Shown: positions 1 through 7,523 of the stretch, one piece after another
Layout: each line of letters opens with the position of its first letter
Numbering within the stretch: the first letter of the stretch is position 1
Assembly (NCBI GenBank): GCA_937959115.1
Contig: CALGAW010000010.1
Location: 63,357-127,356 of the forward strand
Source: an uncultured Saprospiraceae bacterium
GTDB taxonomy: Bacteria > Bacteroidota > Bacteroidia > Chitinophagales > Saprospiraceae
Direction: 5' to 3'
Length of the DNA stretch: 64,000 nucleotides
Notes under the pieces: model-generated
Seen by the model: the letters and a program-made list of their open reading frames with translations, nothing else
Database searches by the model: none
Told to the model about the DNA's origin: nothing
Position numbers and translations under genes: made by a program

Positions 1-800
1 ACCTATCTGGTGGACCAAGTTCTATGGGCTTTGAAGCAAACGAAAACACAGGACCTTGGGGTATTGAAGATACAAATGCTGATGGATATACTTGGCGATT
101 TGCAGATCAACTAGCAACAAACGAGTTTGGACCACGAACGGGAACTAGGTACGCTCTATACTTTTATAACGATTACAATACGACTACTCCAGCAAATGAC
201 TGGTTTTGGTCGCATTGCATCGGTTTCAAATCAGGACATCAGTATGAAGTTTCATTCTGGTATGCTGCAGGTTTTGATAATACGGGGACTTTCCCTGAAA
301 AATTGGAAGTTGTATTATCTAATACTCAAAATGGTAATGCTGTAGCAGGCGTAATTGTACCAGAATTTACTATTTCTAATCCATATCCAAATTACTTACA
401 AAAGACCATCACCTTTGGCATCAATGTAGGTGGTGACGGTTATGTTGGTTTTCATGCAACCAGTGATGCTGATCAATATGCTTTGCAACTTGATGATATT
501 CTGATTAAAGACATTACTCCGGTAGCAAACGAAGAAGTAGTTGAAAATACATTGTTCCAATTGTATCCAAATCCTGCATCTGATTTGCTTCATTTAGAAC
601 TAAATAGTGACAATTTAATTGAAGATGCAGAAGTTAGAATTTATGACATGACCGGTAAGTCAATCATTAATAGACAATTAAACAGGATTCAAAAAGAAAA
701 TATTACGTTTGACGTATCTAATGTTCCAAATGGAATTTACATCGTAAACTTTATTGCAGATGGAAAAATCAGTACAGAAAAAGTAGTGATTTCTAGATAG
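1..800 (+). CDS. C-terminal part of a secreted protein with a T9SS type A sorting domain (5' end lies outside the window)
   Basis: The frame is open from window position 1. The C-terminus 'LFQLYPNPASDLLHLELNSDNL…YDMTGKSI…NGIYIVNFIADGKISTEKVVISR' is a canonical Por_Secre_tail (type A CTD). Confidence 0.7.
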   Translation, partial: LSGGPSSMGFEANENTGPWGIEDTNADGYTWRFADQLATNEFGPRTGTRYALYFYNDYNTTTPANDWFWSHCIGFKSGHQYEVSFWYAAGFDNTGTFPEKLEVVLSNTQNGNAVAGVIVPEFTISNPYPNYLQKTITFGINVGGDGYVGFHATSDADQYALQLDDILIKDITPVANEEVVENTLFQLYPNPASDLLHLELNSDNLIEDAEVRIYDMTGKSIINRQLNRIQKENITFDVSNVPNGIYIVNFIADGKISTEKVVISR

Positions 801-817
801 TTAACTATCGTAAATAA

Positions 818-862
818 AAGAAACCTGCTGTACATAAATTTGTAAAGCAGGTTTCTTTTTTA
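818..862 (+). terminator. Rho-independent terminator hairpin (AGAAACCTGCT / AGCAGGTTTCT stem followed by a T-run)
   Basis: A perfect 11-bp inverted repeat at 819-829 and 847-857 is followed by TTTTTT, directly after the stop at 800. Confidence 0.55.
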
Positions 863-960
863 GCGGTCTCAGACAACTTATTCATATAGAATTACGTTAC
901 ATTATAGAATTGTCGATTCTAATTTAATATCTTGTGAATTAATCACTTTCTTCAAGAAGA

Positions 961-3705
961 ATGAATTTTTTTTATAAAATAATACTCGGAAGCCTACTTT
1001 TCATTTCCTTCGATTGTATGGCAACACACAATCGAGCAGGTGAAATCACGTACAAGCAATTGGATGAACTCACCTTTGAGGTCACGATCACAACGTATAC
1101 TAAAACCAGTAGTGCCCAAGCAGACAGAGACAGCCTAAACCTTTGTTGGGGTGACGGTTTCTGCGAATGGGTACCTAGAAACAATGGACCAATCATAGGC
1201 GGAAACCACACAGGAGAACCACTGCCAAATGACATTAAGCGAAATACTTACGTTAGCACTCACACTTATCCAGGGCGCTATACCTATATCGTTTCTATGA
1301 CAGATCCAAATAGAAATGGGGATATCCTAAATGTAAATTTCCCAAACTCTATTCAAATTCCATTTCACCTGTCTACAAAAATAGTCATCCTTAATACTCA
1401 GTTCCAAGGAACGAATGACTCGCCGATTCTTTTAGAACCACCGATTGACAATGGAAATGTTGGACAACCGTTTATTCATAACCCAAACGCATTTGATGTA
1501 GAAGGAGATAGTCTTAATTTTGAGTTTATAGTTCCTAGAAAAGATACTTTCACAGATGTAGACGACTATAAGTGGCCAGATGAGATAATCCCTGGACCGA
1601 TGAATCAAATCTTCCTTGACGAACGAACAGGGCAATTCAGTTGGCTTAATCCTCAGAAAAAAGGAGAATATAATATTGCATTTCTAATTACTGAATACAG
1701 ATCGGGCATTCCGATTAGCTGCATCATCAGAGATATGCAGATCACGATATTAGAAGAAGACAATCGCCCACCAGAAATTGAGACCATCGAAGAAATCTGC
1801 GTAGTGGCAGGAGACACCATTGAGTTTGAAGTCATTGCTAGTGATCCAGATACTGGGCAACTCGTTCGCTTGACAACAACAGGTGGCCCTTATCAGGTAA
1901 CACCTAGCCCAGCAATCTTTACTGTAGCTCAAGGATATCAACCCTCGCCACTAACAGGAAATTTCTTTTGGGCTACAACTTGCGAACACATTCAAGATCA
2001 ATACTACCAAGTCGTTTTCAAAGCAGAAGACAACTATTTAAACGGTAATGGTGATTCTGCAATATTATCGACTCAGAAAACGGTCAGAATAAAAGTAGTT
2101 GGCCCACCACCAGAAAATCCGATTGCCTCAGGAGGAAATGGAAGCATCTCGGTTTGTTGGGACAAACCATACGCCTGCGAATATCTAGGACTTGAGTTTC
2201 GCGGATTTTCTGTTTGGAGAAAAGAATGTGGCTCTACCTTTACACCCGATACTTGTGAGACTGGACTTGCTGGACGAGGATTTATTAAAATCGCTGATAC
2301 GCTTACCGTCGGTCAAGGATCAAGTTATTGTTTTGAAGACAATGAGGTAGAACGCGGAAGGTGTTATTGTTATAGGATTCTAGGTAACTTTGCTGAGATT
2401 AATCCTGCTGGCTTTCCCTATAACTTCTCAGAAAGTATCACGTCTGAAGAAACCTGTGTACAGTTGGCCCGTGACCTTCCAATTTTAACAAATGTAAGCG
2501 TAGACGAAACAGACTTTAGCAATGGAGAAATGTTTGTGCAATGGTCGAAACCAAAAGGAGAAGATCTAGATACCACCCTCAACCCAGGACCTTACACCTA
2601 TGAAGTATGGCGTTCTCAAGGCTTTAATTTTAATAATCCTGTGAAGGTATTTTCGGCAACTGCACCAGCATTCTGGCAAGCAAATGACACCTCGTTTGTT
2701 GATACGGGGTTAAACACAGAAACAAATCCTTACACCTATGCTGTCGCCTTCTTTGTAAATGGGAATGATTCTCTAGGCATCTCACTTCCTGGGTCATCAA
2801 TCTTCCTTGAGGTTGCCTCAAGCGATGAAATCAATATGCTTACTTGGAGTGAGAATGTGCGTTGGACCAATACCGACTATGTAATTTGGAAGCGTGATAA
2901 CGCTACTACAATCTACAACCCTATAGACACCGTTCAAGTACAGTCTTATGACGATGATGGGCTTATAAACGGCGTTGAGTACTGTTATTTTATCGAAAGC
3001 ATTGGTTCCCTAGGAATTCCTGGTGTCATCGATCCTATTTTAAATTTATCACAAAGAGCTTGTGGGACGCCTTTAGACACGATTCCTCCTTGTCCTCCTA
3101 CCCTAGAAGTAACCAATGACTGCCCTACGGCTGATGACAGTGCTGTGGAATCTTCTTTTGCAAATTATCTTGTATGGACCAATCCAAATAACACCTGTGC
3201 GGATGATGTGGTATCCTACAATATTTATTATGCCGAAAATGCTGCAAGTCCCTATCAAATAATAGAAACGATTACGGTTCCGTCTGATACGACTTACACA
3301 CATACCATTGGTTTTACTGTAGCGGGTTGCTATGTGGTGACAGCCATTGATTCTGTAGGGAACGAAAGTGACTATAGTAATGCAGTATGCATTGACAACT
3401 GCCCAGTCTACACCTTGCCAAATGTGTTTACACCGAATGGCGATGGGGCAAACGATCTTTACATTCCGTTCCCATACCGTTTTATTGATCGAATCGACTT
3501 GCGCATCTTTAATCGGCATGGCCAACTGGTGCATGAGACTTCTGACCCAGATATCAATTGGGATGGAACTAATCTTAATGGAAAAGCGTTAGCAGAGGGT
3601 GTTTATTATTATCATTGTTATGTATACGAAGACCGACTGTCTGGAATTATAAAACGACCAGATCAACTATCGGGTTTTATTCACATTATTCACGGAAATA
3701 GATAG
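961..3705 (+). CDS. Large secreted adhesin-like protein with a T9SS type B (gliding-motility-associated, CHU_C-like) C-terminal domain
   Basis: A signal peptide is present ('MNFFYKIILGSLLFISFDCMA'). The body is long and beta-rich. The C-terminal 'CPVYTLPNVFTPNGDGANDLYIPFPY…DINWDGTNLNGKALAEGVYYYHCYVYE' matches the type B sorting domain consensus. Confidence 0.8.
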   Translation: MNFFYKIILGSLLFISFDCMATHNRAGEITYKQLDELTFEVTITTYTKTSSAQADRDSLNLCWGDGFCEWVPRNNGPIIGGNHTGEPLPNDIKRNTYVSTHTYPGRYTYIVSMTDPNRNGDILNVNFPNSIQIPFHLSTKIVILNTQFQGTNDSPILLEPPIDNGNVGQPFIHNPNAFDVEGDSLNFEFIVPRKDTFTDVDDYKWPDEIIPGPMNQIFLDERTGQFSWLNPQKKGEYNIAFLITEYRSGIPISCIIRDMQITILEEDNRPPEIETIEEICVVAGDTIEFEVIASDPDTGQLVRLTTTGGPYQVTPSPAIFTVAQGYQPSPLTGNFFWATTCEHIQDQYYQVVFKAEDNYLNGNGDSAILSTQKTVRIKVVGPPPENPIASGGNGSISVCWDKPYACEYLGLEFRGFSVWRKECGSTFTPDTCETGLAGRGFIKIADTLTVGQGSSYCFEDNEVERGRCYCYRILGNFAEINPAGFPYNFSESITSEETCVQLARDLPILTNVSVDETDFSNGEMFVQWSKPKGEDLDTTLNPGPYTYEVWRSQGFNFNNPVKVFSATAPAFWQANDTSFVDTGLNTETNPYTYAVAFFVNGNDSLGISLPGSSIFLEVASSDEINMLTWSENVRWTNTDYVIWKRDNATTIYNPIDTVQVQSYDDDGLINGVEYCYFIESIGSLGIPGVIDPILNLSQRACGTPLDTIPPCPPTLEVTNDCPTADDSAVESSFANYLVWTNPNNTCADDVVSYNIYYAENAASPYQIIETITVPSDTTYTHTIGFTVAGCYVVTAIDSVGNESDYSNAVCIDNCPVYTLPNVFTPNGDGANDLYIPFPYRFIDRIDLRIFNRHGQLVHETSDPDINWDGTNLNGKALAEGVYYYHCYVYEDRLSGIIKRPDQLSGFIHIIHGNR

Positions 3706-3706
3706 A

Positions 3707-4309
3707 ATGTTTACTGGAATTATAGAAGGGCTTGGAACAGTTGAAGCAATAGAGAAAGAAGGAGAAAATTACCACTTCACGATTGCCTCAGCAATATCTG
3801 ACGAGCTAAAAATTGATCAAAGTATATCCCATAACGGTGCTTGCCTAACAGTGGTCAAACAACAGCCTGGAAGGCACATAGTTACTGCGATCAAAGAAAC
3901 CATGGTCAAAACCAATCTGGGCGCGGTGTCCGTTGGCGATTTTGTCAACTTGGAACGCGCAATGCAAGCAGACGCAAGGCTTGATGGCCATTGGGTACAG
4001 GGTCATGTAGACACCACTGGCACCTGTGTATCTGTTGAATCGGCAGATGGTAGCTGGTATTACACCTTTAAGTATGACGTTTCACCCGAACACTTATTGG
4101 TTGATAAAGGATCCGTTTGTGTGAATGGGGTTAGCCTAACGGTCTGTGAGCCGGTAGAAGATCGCTTTTCAGTTGCCATCATTCCGTACACACAGGAGCA
4201 TACAACATTCAAGTCTATTCAAGTAGGCACCAAGATCAATTTAGAGTTTGATATCCTTGGCAAGTACATTTCTCGCTATTTGAAGCTGTATATGGATAAG
4301 GTGAAGTAA
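3707..4309 (+). CDS. ribE: Riboflavin synthase alpha subunit
   Basis: The N-terminus 'MFTGIIEGLGTV' and the duplicated lumazine-binding half-sites (second half 'HVDTTGTCVSVE…GSVCVNGVSLTV') are diagnostic. The gene starts 1 nt after the upstream stop. Confidence 0.9.
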   Translation: MFTGIIEGLGTVEAIEKEGENYHFTIASAISDELKIDQSISHNGACLTVVKQQPGRHIVTAIKETMVKTNLGAVSVGDFVNLERAMQADARLDGHWVQGHVDTTGTCVSVESADGSWYYTFKYDVSPEHLLVDKGSVCVNGVSLTVCEPVEDRFSVAIIPYTQEHTTFKSIQVGTKINLEFDILGKYISRYLKLYMDKVK

Positions 4310-4461
4310 TGCTTAATTATTAATTGTTAATGCTAATTAAAAATCCATCAAAACAACAGTCTGTCAAGTTGTTATAAGATTTTAACTTGCATTAATCCAC
4401 CCACTGAAAATCACGTTCTGTATTTGACTCTGTTTTTAATTAAACATTAATAATTAACAAC

Positions 4462-4469
4462 TATATTTG
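4462..4469 (+). promoter_or_regulatory. Bacteroidetes sigma-A -7 box (TATATTTG) 20 nt upstream of the 4490 start
   Basis: Matches the TAnnTTTG consensus and is positioned correctly relative to the ATG. Confidence 0.35.
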
Positions 4470-4489
4470 CAATAAAATAAAAAGAAATC

Positions 4490-5254
4490 ATGGGTATTGA
4501 TGTTTCAAAGTTTGAAAATTGGCTAAAGGAAGGTATTGGAAAAGTGAGTGACTCTCCTATCGGCAATGTGGTTGAGTCCGCAGTTGGTAAGGCCTACGAT
4601 AAAATCAAAAAGGTACAAGATCCGCATGGCGTCAATAATACAGTCAAACGAAATGAGTTTGAAGTCAGCCTTCTTGTATTGGCTGCAGCTGTGATCAAGG
4701 CGGATGGTGATGTCTCTAAGTTTCAGATTGATTATGTTCGTGAATTTTTCACAAAGAATTTTGACAATCAATTTATAGAATCAAGAATGTTCTTATTGGA
4801 GCAAATCATTGATCGAAAGTATAGTCTTAAAGAAGTTTCTCTACAAATAAAAAGGATAAAAAGTCATTCTGTTCGGTTACAACTTGTGCAGTTTCTGTTT
4901 CATGTAGCAGACGCAGATCTTGAAATTCATGCAGAAGAATTGAAAGTCATTCGTAAAATATCCGCTTATCTTGGAATCAGTGAAAAGGACTTTTATTCGC
5001 TTCGTAGCATGTTTTTGAAAGGAAAAGCTCCGATGAGCGATAAAAAAGAGGAAGAAACGAATTACACCATTTTGGAGGTGGAAAATAATGCAACAGTCGA
5101 TGATATTAAGAAAGCCTACCGCAGACTTGCAAAAAAGTTCCATCCTGATAAAATACAACACCTAGGAGAAGACATTAAAGAAGCAGCAAGGGAGAAATTT
5201 GATCAACTGACTAAAGCATACGATCAAATCATGAAAAGCAGAGGAGAAGACTAA
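4490..5254 (+). CDS. J-domain co-chaperone with an N-terminal TerB-like domain (DjlA-like, no TM segment)
   Basis: The C-terminal J domain reads 'YTILEVENNATVDDIKKAYRRLAKKFHPDK'. The N-terminal region 'FEVSLLVLAAAVIKADGDVSKFQIDYVREFF' is TerB-like. Confidence 0.7.
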   Translation: MGIDVSKFENWLKEGIGKVSDSPIGNVVESAVGKAYDKIKKVQDPHGVNNTVKRNEFEVSLLVLAAAVIKADGDVSKFQIDYVREFFTKNFDNQFIESRMFLLEQIIDRKYSLKEVSLQIKRIKSHSVRLQLVQFLFHVADADLEIHAEELKVIRKISAYLGISEKDFYSLRSMFLKGKAPMSDKKEEETNYTILEVENNATVDDIKKAYRRLAKKFHPDKIQHLGEDIKEAAREKFDQLTKAYDQIMKSRGED

Positions 5255-5256
5255 CA

Positions 5257-6267
5257 ATGGCAGCACCAACGTACGATAGCATAATAAAGGAACTAAAAGC
5301 AAAGAACTACCAGCCAGTATATGCCTTGCATGGAGAAGAATCGTTCTTTATAGACAAGATCACCAAACACATAGAAAATAAAGTGCTTTCAGAAGCTGAG
5401 AAATCCTTCAACTTCACTGTTCTTTATGGTCGTGATGTAACGGCTCAAGCGGTGACAGATGCCGCAAGACGCTATCCGATGATGGCTGAGCGACAAGTCA
5501 TCATTATCAAGGAAGCTCAAGAGATGAAAGAGTTTAATAAGCTAGAAGCTTACTTCCAGAACCCGACTCCGACTACCTTGCTACTGATCTGTCATAAGCA
5601 TAAAAAAATAAGAGGCAACACAAAGGTCGGAAAGCTACTTTCTAAAAATGCTGTGTTGTTTGAATCAAAGAAACTGTATGACAATAAAGTCCCTGATTGG
5701 ATTAGTAAACAGTTAAAAAGCAAGGGGTATTCTATTCTTCCACAGGCCAGCCTCCTGATTAGTGAATATCTAGGAACTAATTTATCTAAAGTCTCAAATG
5801 AGCTAGATAAACTGATCGTAAATATTCCAAAGGAAACCACGATTACAATTGAACATGTGCAACAAAACATTGGAATTAGTAAAGACTATAATGTTTTCGA
5901 ATTGCAAAATGCACTAGGTTCAAAATCAGTGGAGAAAGCATCGAGAATAACCAATTACTTTGTTGCGAATCCAAAAAGCGGTCCTTTGCCTATGGTGGTT
6001 GGCACCTTGTTTAATTATTTTAGTAAAGTCTATGTTCTGTCAAGCATAATACACAGCCCTGAAAGTGATCAACTCCAAGCACTTGGTCTTCGATCTAACT
6101 GGTTTTTAAAGGATTATAAAAGAGCGGTTAAAAACTATGGTCGACCTAAGTTAGAAGAAGTTATTCACTTATTGAAGGAATATGATTTAAAATCGAAAGG
6201 AGTAAATCGTGATAATACTACGGATGGTGAATTATTGAAAGAATTAACTTACAAAATATTACATTAA
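5257..6267 (+). CDS. holA: DNA polymerase III delta subunit
   Basis: Typical HolA N-terminus 'YDSIIKELKAKNYQPVYALHGEESFFIDKI' and a length of 336 aa. It sits 2 nt downstream of the previous gene. Confidence 0.8.
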   Translation: MAAPTYDSIIKELKAKNYQPVYALHGEESFFIDKITKHIENKVLSEAEKSFNFTVLYGRDVTAQAVTDAARRYPMMAERQVIIIKEAQEMKEFNKLEAYFQNPTPTTLLLICHKHKKIRGNTKVGKLLSKNAVLFESKKLYDNKVPDWISKQLKSKGYSILPQASLLISEYLGTNLSKVSNELDKLIVNIPKETTITIEHVQQNIGISKDYNVFELQNALGSKSVEKASRITNYFVANPKSGPLPMVVGTLFNYFSKVYVLSSIIHSPESDQLQALGLRSNWFLKDYKRAVKNYGRPKLEEVIHLLKEYDLKSKGVNRDNTTDGELLKELTYKILH

Positions 6268-6424
6268 CAGGCAACGAATATGATAACGTTATCGTTATAT
6301 ATGCAGTTTGATTAATGGAAAATGGTGAATAAGAGGTTGTTCAATAAGATTGTTCAACCTCTTTTCTATTTGTACTAGGATCAATTTGCAAATTTTACCT
6401 AAATTCGTTACAAATTTTTGATTT

Positions 6425-7465
6425 GTGAAAAAAGGAACGCTGAGAACAATTGCTGTTTTAATTCTTTTGCTAGGTATTGCAGGTGCTGCGATTGGTTGGT
6501 ATGTGTATGGGAAGATATTTAAACCCAACGTCGAAATAGCCTCTAATCAAACAGTTGATCTATACATTCCTAAGGGAGCAACGATGCAAGAAGTCTATGA
6601 TTCACTTGCCCTATTAAATGTGATTAAGGATTTCGATTTTTTTAAGCGTGTTGCTGAAAAGAAGAATTTAGGAAACAACATCTATCCTGGCCGTTATAAA
6701 CTGACCGATGGCATGAGCAATAATAGCTTAGTCAATAAACTGCGCTCTGGCAAACACCAACCTGTGAATCTAACCTTCAATTATATTAGAACATTGAATC
6801 AACTCGCAGGCAGAGTATCACAATACATCAATGTAGATTCGATCACCCTTTCTGAGCAACTCAACAATCCCGAAATACAAGAAAAATACGGATTTACCAA
6901 GGAGACGTTTAGTGGTATGTTTTTACCAAATACCTATCGGTTTAATTGGAGTAGCAATGAGCAAGATTTTCTTGAGCGCATGTCAAAAGAATACAAGAAA
7001 TTCTGGAAAACCAGATCAGACAAAGCAGTAAACATCAAACTTACTGAAAATGAGGTAACCACGCTTGCCTCAATTGTACAAAGTGAAACAGCAAAAGCGG
7101 AAGAGCGAAAACGGATTGCTGGAGTTTATATGAATCGACTCGAAAAAGGCATTCCCCTTGAGGCAGACCCAACCCTTATCTTCGCAATGGGTGATTTCTC
7201 GATTCGTCGGGTACTCAACAAACACAAGGAAATAGATTCACCCTACAACACCTATAAAAACCAAGGCTTGCCACCAGGCCCCATCAATATGCCAGAGGTC
7301 GCCTATATTGACGCTGTGCTCGATTACGAGCGGCACGACTACATCTTCTTTTGTGCAAAGGAGGACTTTTCAGGCTATTCTAATTTCGCTAAGACCTACA
7401 ATCAACACTTGAAGAATGCGAAGCGGTATCATCAGGCAATGAATGAGCGGAAGATTTTTAAATAG
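6425..7465 (+). CDS. mltG: Endolytic murein transglycosylase MltG (YceG family)
   Basis: An N-terminal TM helix is followed by the YceG motifs 'LASIVQSETAKAEERKRIAGVYMNRLEKGIPLEADPTLIFA'. The start codon is GTG. Confidence 0.85.
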   Translation: MKKGTLRTIAVLILLLGIAGAAIGWYVYGKIFKPNVEIASNQTVDLYIPKGATMQEVYDSLALLNVIKDFDFFKRVAEKKNLGNNIYPGRYKLTDGMSNNSLVNKLRSGKHQPVNLTFNYIRTLNQLAGRVSQYINVDSITLSEQLNNPEIQEKYGFTKETFSGMFLPNTYRFNWSSNEQDFLERMSKEYKKFWKTRSDKAVNIKLTENEVTTLASIVQSETAKAEERKRIAGVYMNRLEKGIPLEADPTLIFAMGDFSIRRVLNKHKEIDSPYNTYKNQGLPPGPINMPEVAYIDAVLDYERHDYIFFCAKEDFSGYSNFAKTYNQHLKNAKRYHQAMNERKIFK

Positions 7466-7523
7466 ATGTTTAATCTGAGTTCAGAAACGCAAGAACGGAA
7501 TTGATAAACATGAATAATTCACA

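Noticed and set aside
972-3592. Multiple 60-143 aa antisense ORFs inside the 961-3705 gene (for example 972-1235, 1432-1635 and 3103-3534 on the minus strand, 3368-3592 on the plus strand)
   Set aside because: They lie wholly within, and antisense or out of frame to, a long ORF with a clear domain structure. They have no independent features and are typical shadow ORFs.
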